Shown here in pieces: positions 1 through 10,197 of a stretch of DNA of 64,000 nucleotides. The DNA is from Omnitrophica WOR_2 bacterium RIFOXYA2_FULL_38_17. GTDB lineage: Bacteria > Omnitrophota > Gorgyraeia > Zapsychrales > Zapsychraceae. The first letter of the stretch is position 1. Each line of letters opens with the position of its first letter. The notes below the pieces were generated by a model. It had not been told where the DNA came from, did not search any database, and saw only the letters and a program-made list of their open reading frames with translations. The stretch is taken from positions 85,975-149,974 of the forward strand of contig MHHG01000057.1 in the NCBI GenBank assembly GCA_001805965.1. The letters are read 5' to 3'. A program made the position numbers and the translations under genes.

Positions 1-199
1 CAAGACCTGGAGGCCCAGAAAAAAGAATATGTTCAACCGGCTCTTTTCTCTGTTTTGCAGCTTCGATCGATACTTTAAGGTTCCCAATCAGGTCTTTCTG
101 TCCAACGAACTCGCCGATCATCGCTGGACGCAAAGATAAGCTATATACTCTATCTTCTTCAGTTTCCTGATTAAAAACGATTCGCTTCTTTTCTTCCAT
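1..199 (-). CDS. ruvB: Holliday junction helicase RuvB, N-terminal fragment; the gene continues beyond the window start
   Basis: Manual reverse-complement translation gives MEEKKRIVFNQETEEDRVYSLSLRPAMIGEFVGQKDLIGNLKVSIEAAKQRKEPVEHILFSGPPGL. This matches the canonical RuvB N-terminus (RP..L.EFIGQ...L...I.AAK.R.E..DH.L..GPPGLGKT). It is not in the ORF track because it is truncated by the window edge. Confidence 0.8.
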   Translation of the reverse strand, partial: MEEKKRIVFNQETEEDRVYSLSLRPAMIGEFVGQKDLIGNLKVSIEAAKQRKEPVEHILFSGPPGL

Positions 200-202
200 G
201 GC

Positions 203-958
203 CTATTCTTGTTTTCCTTGATCCTCTGGTACCATATTATCAGTGTTTCTCATGATCTCGATATCTTCAAAAACCCTTTTTTGGATCGCCTTTATCTCTT
301 TAAGCCTTATTAATTCTAAAATAGCCAAGAATGCTACTACCATCTCTATTTTGCTGGCACACTTTGCGAATAAACTGGTAATAGAAACTGACTTCTCATC
401 AAGCAGTAAGTGCAGAATATCATGGATCTTTTGCTCGACAGTAAAGTTCTCTTTGATGATCTCGTGAATTACTTCTTCAGGAACCTTCTTTAAAGCTTCC
501 GATAATGCATTTATAAGGTCAAACAAGCTGGCTTCAAAATATATTTCCTTTGCATCATCTTTAAACTTGTTAATTTCTTGCGGATCAATATTCCTTGCAA
601 ACAAATTCTTACGCATCATCTCTTTATCTTTTAAAGCTTCCGCGATTTCCTTAAATCTCTTGTACTCATTAAGACGCCTGACCAGCTCGTCTCTTGGATC
701 TTCCTCTTCCTCTTCAGTCTCATAAGGATCAGGCGGTAGAAGCATTTTAGATTTTATTTGCATGAGAGTTGCTGCCATTACCAGAAAATCGCCTACTATA
801 TCAAGGTCCAGCAGCTTCATCATATTTATATATTGCATATACTGCTCTGTTATCTGGGAAATAGGAATATTCGTTATATCAATATCGTTCTTTTTTATTA
901 AATAAAGCAGAAGATCTAAAGGGCCTTCGAATATCTCAAGTTTCAATTTATAGCTCAT
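203..958 (-). CDS. scpA: Segregation and condensation protein A (kleisin ScpA)
   Basis: The N-terminal FEGPLDLLLYLIKKNDIDITNIPISQITEQY motif is typical of ScpA. The 251 aa length fits. Confidence 0.8.
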   Translation of the reverse strand: MSYKLKLEIFEGPLDLLLYLIKKNDIDITNIPISQITEQYMQYINMMKLLDLDIVGDFLVMAATLMQIKSKMLLPPDPYETEEEEEDPRDELVRRLNEYKRFKEIAEALKDKEMMRKNLFARNIDPQEINKFKDDAKEIYFEASLFDLINALSEALKKVPEEVIHEIIKENFTVEQKIHDILHLLLDEKSVSITSLFAKCASKIEMVVAFLAILELIRLKEIKAIQKRVFEDIEIMRNTDNMVPEDQGKQE

Positions 959-1935
959 TTAAATACCGCCTCCTTAACTTCTCGGATAGTCTTTTGCGCT
1001 ATAGCTTGAGCTTTCTTTTTTCCTTCATTTAGAATATCAATAACTTTTTGCTTATTAGCTTCCAACTCAGCTCTTTTATCTTTTATTGGCTTTAGCTTTT
1101 CGATCAAGACCTCAGCTAACTGTTTCTTGCAATCAGTGCAGCCTTTTTGAGCTGTTGTACACCATTTACATACATCTTGTGATTGACCTGATGCAAAAAC
1201 TTGATAGTAACTATATACATTGCATTCTTCGGGGTGGCCGACATCTAAGAGCTTTATCCTTTTGGGGTCCGTGATCATGCTTTTTACTTTCTTTAATATC
1301 ACATCATCGGCGTCTGAAAGATTAATAGCATTATTGTAGCTCTTACTCATCTTACGGCCATCAGTTCCCAGTAAGCGCGGCGTTTCTGTCAAAATAGCTT
1401 CACAATCGCCAAAAAGATCCGTTTTAAAAATATTATTGAATCTTCTGGATATTTCTCTCGTTAATTCAAGATGAGGCAATTGATCCTCGCCAATGGGAAC
1501 GGCATTTGCCTTGTAAAGCAATATATCTGCTGCCTGTAGAACTGGATAGCCCAAAAATCCATAGGTTTGTAGATCTCTTGTTTTTATTTCGCGCAGCTGC
1601 TCCTTATAGGTTGGATTCCTTTCGAGCCAGCCTAAGGGCGTAATACATGATAATATCATCTGTAACTCTAAGTGCTCATGAACATGTGATTGAACATACA
1701 CTATAGATCTTTCAGGATCAATACCACACGCTATCCAATCGATCGCCATATCAATAATATTTTCTTTTATTGAATAGCTATCCTCATACTCACCCATCAA
1801 TGCATGCCAATCAACTATTCCGAACGTACACGCATGATCTTCCTGTAAAACAATCCAATTTTTTAAAGCCCCTACTAAATGACCCAAATGTAGCTTACCT
1901 GTCGGGCGCATGCCGCTAAAAACTGTTTTTTTCAT
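955..1935 (-). CDS. trpS: Tryptophanyl-tRNA synthetase
   Basis: Class I HIGH motif (GMRPTGKLHLGHLVG) and KMSKS motif (KMSKSYNNAI). The 326 aa length fits. Confidence 0.9.
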   Translation of the reverse strand: MKKTVFSGMRPTGKLHLGHLVGALKNWIVLQEDHACTFGIVDWHALMGEYEDSYSIKENIIDMAIDWIACGIDPERSIVYVQSHVHEHLELQMILSCITPLGWLERNPTYKEQLREIKTRDLQTYGFLGYPVLQAADILLYKANAVPIGEDQLPHLELTREISRRFNNIFKTDLFGDCEAILTETPRLLGTDGRKMSKSYNNAINLSDADDVILKKVKSMITDPKRIKLLDVGHPEECNVYSYYQVFASGQSQDVCKWCTTAQKGCTDCKKQLAEVLIEKLKPIKDKRAELEANKQKVIDILNEGKKKAQAIAQKTIREVKEAVFK

Positions 1936-1966
1936 AAAACCCCTATTTGGTCAAAGCTGCTATCAT

Positions 1967-4483
1967 TTATAATTTTTGGGCAATTGTTTCAATATCATAT
2001 GCTTCAATAATATCGCCCGCCTTTATCTGATTAAAGCCATCCACAGTGATTCCGCACTCCATTCCTTCAGTAACTTCTCTGACATCATCTTTGAATCTTT
2101 TCAGAGAGCCTATCTTCCCGGAGAAAACGATCTCACTGTCCCGAATCACATCAACATTAGCTTTTCTCAGTACCTTGCCCTTTATAACATAGCATCCAGC
2201 AACAATGCCCTGTTTTGAAAGCTTAAAAACTTCCCTTATCTCTATCCTGCATAAGAATTTTTTTATCTTTTTAGCTTCTAGCAGACCTTCCAATGCACTG
2301 CGCACTTCATTAACAGCGTCATATATTATCCTGTATTGGCGGACATCAACATGTTCTTTTTCAAGCTCTTGCTTTGCCCTCACATCAATACCTACATGAA
2401 AAGCTATGATGATCGCATCAGATGCAACTGCAAGAACAACATCAGAAGTGTTCACTTCGCCCACTCCGGTATGAATGAACTTTACTTTTACTTTTTCGCT
2501 TGGTATCTTTGCCAAAGAATCACGCAAAGCTTCTAGAGAGCCCTGCACATCAGATTTCAAAATAACACTAAGCTCTTTTACTGCACCTTCCTGTATCTGC
2601 GAGTAAAGATCCTCCAATGTAATTCTTTGTTTGGCATTTAATCTCTTTTGCTTGACCAGCTCTTGCTTTCTTGAAGAAATATCTTTAGCCTGCTTTTCAT
2701 CCTCAACAACATAGAACCTTTCACCAGCTTCAGGGACATCTGAAAGTCCGAGGATCTCAACAGGCATTGATGGACCGGCTTCTTTAATTGGCTTGTGCCT
2801 ATCATTAAACATTGCCTTAACCTTTCCATAAAAAGGTCCGACAACCAAAAAATCACCATCATTAAGCGTACCACTTTGAACAATAAGAGAAGTGACTGCT
2901 CCTTTTCCTTGGCTCATATGTGCTTCAACTACAATTCCAGATGCCTTCTTTTTAGCATTTGCCTTCAACTCAAGCATCTCTGCTTCAAGAAGAACCATTT
3001 CAAGCAAATTATCAACACCATCACCTGTAAGACCTGAAACACCAGCGACAATAGTCTTTCCTCCCCAATCTTCTGCCAAAAGATCTAATTCCGACAATTG
3101 TTTTTTAACCCGATCAGGATCTGCATTCTTTTTGTCCATTTTGGTCAATGCGACAACAATTGGAACTCCCGCTGCTCTAGCATGATCAATGGCTTCTTTT
3201 GTTTGAAGCATAATGCCTTCATCAGCTGCTACAACAAGAATAATAATATCAGTAATATGCGCCCCTCTTGCACGCATTGCTGTAAAAGCTTCATGGCCAG
3301 GCGTATCAAGCAATGTAATCCTGCCTTTTGGCATCTCAACAGAATAAGCATCCATATGCTGAGTGATGCCGCCATGCTCCTGGTCAACAAGCTTGCTCTT
3401 CCTTATTTTATCAACTAATGTTGTCTTTCCATGGTCAACATGCCCCATGAAAGTAATAACGGGTGCCCTCCTGGTCAATAATTTAGGATCTTCTTCCTCT
3501 TCCTGATGAATTTCTATCAACTGTTCTTCCTGTGTTTTAATAGCGGCAAGCCTATATCCAAATTCCAGAGCAATCTTTTCGACTATTTCTCCTTCTAAGC
3601 TCAAATTTATATGAGCAAAAACTCCAAGCTTCATTAAATATTTTAAGACCATACTTGGCTTTTGCTGTACCTTAACACTAATATCCTTAACTGTAATAGG
3701 AACCCTGACTTCAATTTCAGGCATATCTTCAATATTTCTTACCGGAGTTTCTAAAAGCTCCGAAGAGGTATTTTGATTATGATCGGTTTCTTGATCAGCA
3801 ACTAAACCAATATCTTGATAATGCTCTTCTTCTGATCTATCACCATCTTTTCTTATAGCTGAGCGTTTCTTCTTCTTTAAAAGCGGTTTTAAAGTAATTA
3901 AAGGTTCTTTGCTTATCTTGGACCTTTGCTTTGTTAAACTTTTAGTAATACCCGTGCTAACCTCATCTTCATCAGCCTCAAAGCTCTTATCCTTTTTTAT
4001 TTTTACGCTAACTTTCTTTACTTTGACTTTTTGAACTTCTTTATCCCTAGCCTGAACTTTTATTTCAGTTTTCTTTTTAATAATTTCTTCTTTGACATCT
4101 TCCTTAACTTTCGATTCTTTCTTTTTTTCTACTTCCTTTACTTCTTTACCTTCCTGCACTTCCTTCTTAACTTCTTGCACTTCTTTCTTAACTTCCTGCT
4201 CTTCCCTATTGACTTCCTGCTCTTCCTTCTTAACTACCTTTTTCTTAATTTCTTTTTCAGTCTTCTTTACAACTTTCTTCTTAGGAGTTTTAGCAACTTT
4301 CTCTACTTTTTCTTTCTTAGTAGCTTGCTTCTTTTCAACCACAAATTCACTTTTTATAACAGAAGCAACCGCAGAGTTTAATTCCTGATCACCATCTTTC
4401 GCCTTTAATCTAAGCGCTCTCAATTTATCAAGAATTTCTTCAACGGAAACCCCAACTTTTTCTGCTAATTCAGATACTTTCAT
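1967..4483 (-). CDS. infB: Translation initiation factor IF-2 with a long Lys/Glu-rich repetitive N-terminal region
   Basis: GTP-binding domain with [18 protein letters not shown] and NKMD-like motifs. Conserved rimP-nusA-infB synteny. N-terminal KKEVQEV-type repeats. Confidence 0.95.
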   Translation of the reverse strand: MKVSELAEKVGVSVEEILDKLRALRLKAKDGDQELNSAVASVIKSEFVVEKKQATKKEKVEKVAKTPKKKVVKKTEKEIKKKVVKKEEQEVNREEQEVKKEVQEVKKEVQEGKEVKEVEKKKESKVKEDVKEEIIKKKTEIKVQARDKEVQKVKVKKVSVKIKKDKSFEADEDEVSTGITKSLTKQRSKISKEPLITLKPLLKKKKRSAIRKDGDRSEEEHYQDIGLVADQETDHNQNTSSELLETPVRNIEDMPEIEVRVPITVKDISVKVQQKPSMVLKYLMKLGVFAHINLSLEGEIVEKIALEFGYRLAAIKTQEEQLIEIHQEEEEDPKLLTRRAPVITFMGHVDHGKTTLVDKIRKSKLVDQEHGGITQHMDAYSVEMPKGRITLLDTPGHEAFTAMRARGAHITDIIILVVAADEGIMLQTKEAIDHARAAGVPIVVALTKMDKKNADPDRVKKQLSELDLLAEDWGGKTIVAGVSGLTGDGVDNLLEMVLLEAEMLELKANAKKKASGIVVEAHMSQGKGAVTSLIVQSGTLNDGDFLVVGPFYGKVKAMFNDRHKPIKEAGPSMPVEILGLSDVPEAGERFYVVEDEKQAKDISSRKQELVKQKRLNAKQRITLEDLYSQIQEGAVKELSVILKSDVQGSLEALRDSLAKIPSEKVKVKFIHTGVGEVNTSDVVLAVASDAIIIAFHVGIDVRAKQELEKEHVDVRQYRIIYDAVNEVRSALEGLLEAKKIKKFLCRIEIREVFKLSKQGIVAGCYVIKGKVLRKANVDVIRDSEIVFSGKIGSLKRFKDDVREVTEGMECGITVDGFNQIKAGDIIEAYDIETIAQKL
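4060..4300 (-). repeat. Imperfect in-frame tandem nucleotide repeats (about 21-27 bp units) encoding the K/E/V-rich region of IF-2
   Basis: Repeated cttcctgcacttccttcttaacttc-type units on the plus strand. They encode [22 protein letters not shown]. Confidence 0.6.
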
Positions 4484-4502
4484 ATACTAAAATTCCTCTC
4501 GA

Positions 4503-5717
4503 CTACTCACATTGTTCTAATAAAGTTTTTGCTTCACTAATCAATTTTTCTGCTTTGGTTTTTCCTAAGCCTTTAACTTTCATAAGTTCTTCAGGTGTAG
4601 CATCGGCGATCTTATCAAGAGTATCAAATGCTGCTTCCTGTAACTGATCTATCATTTTCTTGCCAACACCTGGAAGATCAGCAATAGTAATTTCTTCAAT
4701 TTCTTCCTTAACGCCATTTTTTTCAATTGGTGCCATAACTTCAGCAGCATCTTCACCTTCCTCTTGCATTTGATTCCATTGATCCATTGAGAACAGGTTT
4801 AATTCCCAGCCTACGAGCTTACTTGCCAATCTCACGTTTTGCCCTCGCTTTCCAATTGCTAAAGACAATTGGTCATCAGCTACTATTATATTCGCCTTCT
4901 TATCTTCAAAATCAAGCTGTATCTGAGAGATCTCAGCAGGGGAAAGAGCTGCCTGAACATACTCCTTAATATCAGAAGAATAACGCACTATATCGATCTT
5001 TTCGCCATGAAGCTCAGTAACAATATTCTTTACTCTGGATCCTCTCATGCCAACACAAGCCCCGACACAGTCAACTTTTTCGTCTTTCGAATAAACAGAT
5101 ATCTTTGTGCGCTCACCAACATTCCTCGATATTGATTTAATTTCAACAATGCCTTCATAAATTTCAGGCACCTCCAGTTCAAATAATCTTTTAACAAAAT
5201 TCGGATGGGCCCTGGAAAGAACAACTTGCGGACCACGGTTCTCCTTTTTAACATCTAGGACATAAGCCCGTATCCTGTCTCCTTGCCTGAACTCTTCTTT
5301 AGGAGACTGCTCTTTTTTCGGAATATAAGCTTCTGTTTTCCCCAAGTCTATTATTATATTGCCCTTTTCAAACCTATATACACCTCCGCTAATGATCTCC
5401 CCGACCCTTGCACAATATTCAGTAAAAACCACATCTTTCTCTGCTTCCCTGATTTTCTGAATAATAACTTGTTTTGCCGTCTGAGCAGCTATACGCCCAA
5501 ATTCACTTGAACGTATTTCCTCATTCCCGACATAAGCAGTTATAGTGCCTGTTTTAGCGTCCAGAACCGCTCTAATTTCTTCTTCTTTATCCACCGTCCA
5601 TAATTTTTTTGCAGCGGATGCAACTGCTGCCTCAACAGCTTCAATAAGTATTTTCTTATCAATGCCCTTATCTCTTTCTAATTGCTCCAAGATTCCTATC
5701 AAATCACCACTTTCCAT
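4503..5717 (-). CDS. nusA: Transcription termination/antitermination factor NusA
   Basis: S1 and KH domains (GERTKISVYS...; LAIGKRGQNVRLASKLVGWELNL). Position between rimP and infB. Confidence 0.9.
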   Translation of the reverse strand: MESGDLIGILEQLERDKGIDKKILIEAVEAAVASAAKKLWTVDKEEEIRAVLDAKTGTITAYVGNEEIRSSEFGRIAAQTAKQVIIQKIREAEKDVVFTEYCARVGEIISGGVYRFEKGNIIIDLGKTEAYIPKKEQSPKEEFRQGDRIRAYVLDVKKENRGPQVVLSRAHPNFVKRLFELEVPEIYEGIVEIKSISRNVGERTKISVYSKDEKVDCVGACVGMRGSRVKNIVTELHGEKIDIVRYSSDIKEYVQAALSPAEISQIQLDFEDKKANIIVADDQLSLAIGKRGQNVRLASKLVGWELNLFSMDQWNQMQEEGEDAAEVMAPIEKNGVKEEIEEITIADLPGVGKKMIDQLQEAAFDTLDKIADATPEELMKVKGLGKTKAEKLISEAKTLLEQCE

Positions 5718-5742
5718 TATTTTTTACCCTTCCTATACTTTT

Positions 5743-6198
5743 CTATATAATTTGAACTGCTTTATTAATTGTTTCGTACAGAATAACTAACTCCTCTGAC
5801 TTAACCTTGATTTTTACTTCATTATCAAAAACTTCAGATACTATCCCAGAATGTTCAAGCTTTCCTTGAAGTTTTTCATTAAGAAAGAACCTGACATCCC
5901 TTCCCATAACCCTCATGAAATCCCTTTTGTCTTTAAGCGGCCTGTCCACACCAGGTGAAAAAACATTAACTGCATAACCTGACCCGACAATCTCAAGCTC
6001 TTCAAGATTCCTTGATACTTCCCTGTTTATGTAAGCACACTCATCGCTATTAATTCCGCCATTAACTTTATCTGCAATGATCTCAATAACAGTTATATTA
6101 TTCTGTTTATAAACCTTAAGCTCAACAATATCAGCATTAATCTCACCTAATATAGGCCTAGCGATATCCTCGATACATCGCTTTAGATCTTCAAACAT
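5743..6198 (-). CDS. rimP: Ribosome maturation factor RimP
   Basis: 151 aa protein immediately upstream of nusA in the conserved rimP-nusA-infB operon. Confidence 0.75.
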   Translation of the reverse strand: MFEDLKRCIEDIARPILGEINADIVELKVYKQNNITVIEIIADKVNGGINSDECAYINREVSRNLEELEIVGSGYAVNVFSPGVDRPLKDKRDFMRVMGRDVRFFLNEKLQGKLEHSGIVSEVFDNEVKIKVKSEELVILYETINKAVQII

Positions 6199-7460
6199 TA
6201 TTTCAATAACTCCTGCACTTTACTTGTCAGATCTTCCTTTGGGACTAATATTACTTCTCCGGTTTTTCGAACCTTTATCTCAACATTTCCATTAGCTAAA
6301 TTACGCTTGCCAATAGTAACACGCAACGGCAGCCCTATAAGGTCAGCATCATTGAACTTTCTTCCTGCAGTTTCTTCTCTATCGTCAACCAAGACATCAA
6401 ATCCTTGGCTTTTCAATTCTGCATAGTATTTGTTAGCCAGCTCCACTATTTCTGCTGCATTATCCCCGCTACCTATTGGAAGGATTTCTATTTGAAACGG
6501 AGCAACCTCTTTGGGCCAGATAATGCCATTTTCATCGTTATGCTTTTCAATAATAGCTGCGATCGTCCTGCTTACGCCTATACCATAACAGCCCATAATA
6601 ATAGGTTTCTGTTTTCCATCCTCATCTAAAAATAAAGCTTGTTGGGCTGCGCTATATTTTGTTCCAAGCTGAAAAATATGGCCTAATTCAATTGCTACTT
6701 GCTTTTTTAATTTTATCTCATTACATTCAGGACAGCTAATGTTATCAGAGCCATCCTGACTTACACCACCTTGATAACCACAAGCTTCGCAAGTTACTAC
6801 AGCATCTTCTCCAATGAGTGCCGGCACCATAAACTCATGAGAGATATCCCCGCCCATCGCACCTGAATCAGCAGCAACAATAACGACATCCAGGTCAAGT
6901 CGCTTGAATATCTTTTTGTAAGCCTGATACATCTTTTCATAATTGACCTTCATTCCCGCTTCATCACGATCAAAACTATAAGCATCCTTCATTATAAATT
7001 CACATGCCCTGACAATCCCGAAACGTGTCCTGATCTCATCCCTGAATTTTGTCTGTATTTGATACAAAACCTTTGGAAGCTGCCTGTATGACTGAACAAA
7101 ATTCTTAACCAGGTCAGTAATGGCTTCTTCATGTGTCGGCCCCAAACACATTTCCTTGCCTTTATTATCTTTAAATCTTATCATTACTTCAGACAGAACC
7201 TCATCTCTTTTGGTTTGCTTCCATAGTTCAATTGGCTGCAAACATGGCAGGAATAGCTCTCTTGCACCTGCTTCCTCCATTTCTTCCCGGATAATATTCT
7301 CGATATTTCTAAGAACCTTAAGACCAAAAGGCAAATAAGAATAAACTCCCGATGTTAACATGTGAACTAAACCGGCTCTCAAGGACAATTGATGGCTTAT
7401 TGCTTCTGTTCCGACAGGAACTTCCTTTAAAGTAGGAATAAAATATTTTGACCAATACAT
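6198..7460 (-). CDS. proS: Prolyl-tRNA synthetase, short form lacking the INS editing domain
   Basis: Class II aaRS motifs. The N-terminus YFIPTLKEVP...ISHQLSLRAG is typical of ProS. 420 aa, with a short Cys4 segment where the editing insertion normally sits. Confidence 0.85.
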   Translation of the reverse strand: MYWSKYFIPTLKEVPVGTEAISHQLSLRAGLVHMLTSGVYSYLPFGLKVLRNIENIIREEMEEAGARELFLPCLQPIELWKQTKRDEVLSEVMIRFKDNKGKEMCLGPTHEEAITDLVKNFVQSYRQLPKVLYQIQTKFRDEIRTRFGIVRACEFIMKDAYSFDRDEAGMKVNYEKMYQAYKKIFKRLDLDVVIVAADSGAMGGDISHEFMVPALIGEDAVVTCEACGYQGGVSQDGSDNISCPECNEIKLKKQVAIELGHIFQLGTKYSAAQQALFLDEDGKQKPIIMGCYGIGVSRTIAAIIEKHNDENGIIWPKEVAPFQIEILPIGSGDNAAEIVELANKYYAELKSQGFDVLVDDREETAGRKFNDADLIGLPLRVTIGKRNLANGNVEIKVRKTGEVILVPKEDLTSKVQELLK

Positions 7461-7484
7461 TGCAAATCTCTTTCTAATTAAAAA

Positions 7485-8753
7485 TTATTCTTTAAAAAAT
7501 CCTTGTGGTAGAGATATTCTTCTTTTCTCAAATTTAAAATAAAATGAAGGCTTCCTTCTGTCAAACTCCCACTCACCAATGATCTGACCATCTTCAGTTA
7601 TCGATTTTTCAACAAATTTAAACATATCTCTCATTTTAATCTCTTTTGTGTTTTCATCCAATGAAACATCAGTAAGACAAGTTACTCTTCTTTTCCCATC
7701 CATGAAAAGCTCTACGTGTATTATGACATCAATAGCATTTGCAATTTGAGCTTGAAATTCTTGAGTTGTGATAGGTATTCCCGTCATAATCATCATTGTC
7801 ACAAGCCTGTTAAAACAATCCTCTGGCGTTTCCGCGTGTACTATAGCTAGCGAACCGCTGTGGCCGCTAATGATAGCCTGGATCATATCAAGGGCTTCCC
7901 CTCCTCTAAGCTCTCCGACAATGATCCTGTCAGGCCGCATACGAAGAGAGTTAACAAAAAGGTCCCTCATTGTGATCTCACCTTTACCTTCAACGTTAGC
8001 AGACTTTGAGCATAAAGAAACAACATGTTTTTGGTGCAATCTCAACTCAGCAGTATCTTCTATAGTAATAATTCTTTCACCTTCAGGAATATGAGTAGAA
8101 AAAACATTCATCAATGTTGTTTTACCTGCTCCTGTTGACCCGCAAAAAACCACGTTCAGTTTTGCTTTCATTGCTCCAATTAAAAATGTAGCAATATTAT
8201 CATCCAATTCTCCAAGCCTGATCAAATCCTCAACAACACTGATCTGATCACTGAATTTTCTTATAGTTACTACTGGCCCTATCATAGAACAAGGAGGCAA
8301 AATAATATTTGCACGCGAACCATCAGGTAGAGAAAGATCAGCATATGGACAAGACTCATCAACTCTTTTTGAAGTTCCTGAACCCGCCAATATTTTCTGG
8401 ATAGTATGTGAAAGGCTCTGGTTAGACTCAAACTTTATGTCTGTTAATATCATCTTGCCAGCTCTTTGCACATATACCTTTTCTGCTCCATTTACCATTA
8501 TCTCTGTTACTGTTGGATCATCCATCAAAGGCTGTAATACCCCCATGCTAACAACCGCGCTGACAAGATCTCGAATGATCTTTTGTCTCTGCTCAAGAGT
8601 CGCCTCGATTTTTTGCTCTCTACATATTTGGACAATAGCTTTATCAACAAAATTCCTAAGCTCATCATCCGCCATCTTATCTTTTTGCCTAAGAAAATCT
8701 GTCTCTTTAATAATGTAAGAGTGTACTATTTGTTTCAAATCTTCAGTTGACAT
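7485..8753 (-). CDS. CpaF/TadA-family (type II/IV secretion) ATPase, orphan
   Basis: Walker A CGSTGAGKTT, the PTVTEIMVNG box, a Walker B/Asp box (RIIVGELRGGEA) and a His box (GHSGSLAIVHA). 422 aa. No other Tad/pilus genes are adjacent. Confidence 0.8.
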   Translation of the reverse strand: MSTEDLKQIVHSYIIKETDFLRQKDKMADDELRNFVDKAIVQICREQKIEATLEQRQKIIRDLVSAVVSMGVLQPLMDDPTVTEIMVNGAEKVYVQRAGKMILTDIKFESNQSLSHTIQKILAGSGTSKRVDESCPYADLSLPDGSRANIILPPCSMIGPVVTIRKFSDQISVVEDLIRLGELDDNIATFLIGAMKAKLNVVFCGSTGAGKTTLMNVFSTHIPEGERIITIEDTAELRLHQKHVVSLCSKSANVEGKGEITMRDLFVNSLRMRPDRIIVGELRGGEALDMIQAIISGHSGSLAIVHAETPEDCFNRLVTMMIMTGIPITTQEFQAQIANAIDVIIHVELFMDGKRRVTCLTDVSLDENTKEIKMRDMFKFVEKSITEDGQIIGEWEFDRRKPSFYFKFEKRRISLPQGFFKE

Positions 8754-8796
8754 TTTTTTCTCCAGTTTTCTTTCAAATATTCTTTATATAAACATT

Positions 8797-10197
8797 TTAA
8801 AACTTAAATAAGCTCAGCATTTTACCAAAAATCTTCTGTATGCCTTCTATCCATCCCTGGCGTGAAAAATCACTATAAAAGACAAACAAGGCCAAAAATA
8901 TAATTAATGTAAAACCCACTTTAGCAATAATTTCATCTGTTTTCTCAGACAGAGGTTTTCCTCTAACCTTCTCTATTCCAAGAAACAATAAATGCCCACC
9001 GTCAAGGGGCACAACAGGCAAAAGATTAAATATTGCAAGGCTTGCGCTAATAACCCCAAGAATAAATAGTAAATGTGATAATCCCATTCTTGCTGCTTCT
9101 TTTATGACATAAAAAATACCTACTGGGCCAGTAACTGATTCTTTTGCTGATATTGCCCCGGTGATCATATAATAAATAGATTTATATGTTGTAACTGTAA
9201 TAAAGACCAATTCTTCAAATGCAAATCTAACTGAATTAACGAGTCCAAATCTAAAAGAATCAAATTCCCCTAAAGGAGAAATTCCGACAATTCGCCTCTC
9301 AACAGTTTCACCAGATTCATTTTTCATAGCTTCTATTTTAGGTCCTATTTCAACCGTCATTTCTTTTTCATCTCTTATAAACCTGACTTGAATAATCTCT
9401 CCAGTTGATTTTAATATACTATTGTAAATATCTTCCCAATCAAATATCATATTAGAATCAATTTGGATAATTTTATCACCCTCGCGCAGGCCAGCCTTGT
9501 AAGCAGGATAATCCTCTCTTACATCACCAATCTTATTTGGCATCAAGCTTATCCCAATATCACGAACACTGCGATTTTCACCCAAAATATTTTGCTCACT
9601 AGTGACCGTCGGCTCAACATAAGCATCAATCTTTTGTTCATTTCTAACGACACTGATGAGAATGCGTTTGTCCGTACTTCCTTCAAGGCGAGTCCTTAAA
9701 TTGTTTAATCCGTATACTTTTGTTGAATCAACTTCAATTATTTTATCTCCTACCATTAATCCCGCTTTATGAGCAGGTCCATTAATTTCAATTTTTGTAA
9801 TTTTTGTCGAGCCTCCAGGATAGCCTAATAAAAAAACACAAACAAGACACAAATAGGCAAATATAAAATTAACAACAGGACCATTTAGGATAACAAGCGC
9901 TCTTTTGCCAGGAGGCTGAGAATAAAATTCTTTAGCGTCTCCTGTACATTCCGATCGTTCATCTCCCATCATCTTCACATAGCCGCCTAATGGAATAAGA
10001 CAAAGCAAGAATTCCGTACCATTAAAAACCTTTGAAAACAACTTAGGGCCAAAGCCCAGTGAAAATCTCTCAACTCCTATTCCTGCCCTTTTTGCAGTAA
10101 TATAATGTCCCCATTCGTGAACTACTATTAAAATGCTCAAAACTACGGCAAAAATTCCGACGCTCTTTATATTAGCAATTAGCTGTTCGATAATCAT
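8797..10197 (-). CDS. rseP: RIP site-2 zinc metalloprotease RseP with PDZ domains
   Basis: HEWGHY zinc motif near the N-terminus. C-terminal LDGG motif. Multi-TM protein with two PDZ-like segments. Position after dxr. Confidence 0.85.
   Translation of the reverse strand: MIIEQLIANIKSVGIFAVVLSILIVVHEWGHYITAKRAGIGVERFSLGFGPKLFSKVFNGTEFLLCLIPLGGYVKMMGDERSECTGDAKEFYSQPPGKRALVILNGPVVNFIFAYLCLVCVFLLGYPGGSTKITKIEINGPAHKAGLMVGDKIIEVDSTKVYGLNNLRTRLEGSTDKRILISVVRNEQKIDAYVEPTVTSEQNILGENRSVRDIGISLMPNKIGDVREDYPAYKAGLREGDKIIQIDSNMIFDWEDIYNSILKSTGEIIQVRFIRDEKEMTVEIGPKIEAMKNESGETVERRIVGISPLGEFDSFRFGLVNSVRFAFEELVFITVTTYKSIYYMITGAISAKESVTGPVGIFYVIKEAARMGLSHLLFILGVISASLAIFNLLPVVPLDGGHLLFLGIEKVRGKPLSEKTDEIIAKVGFTLIIFLALFVFYSDFSRQGWIEGIQKIFGKMLSLFKF

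Noticed and set aside
4060-4300. Possible CRISPR-like periodic repeat
   Set aside because: The repeats are in-frame inside infB and imperfect, with no unique spacers. This is a coding low-complexity region.
4031-4388. Two plus-strand ORFs (116 and 98 aa) rich in Phe/Leu/Ser
   Set aside because: They are antisense frames of the infB K/E-repeat region (AAG/GAA repeats read backwards as TTC/CTT). They are compositional artefacts, not genes.
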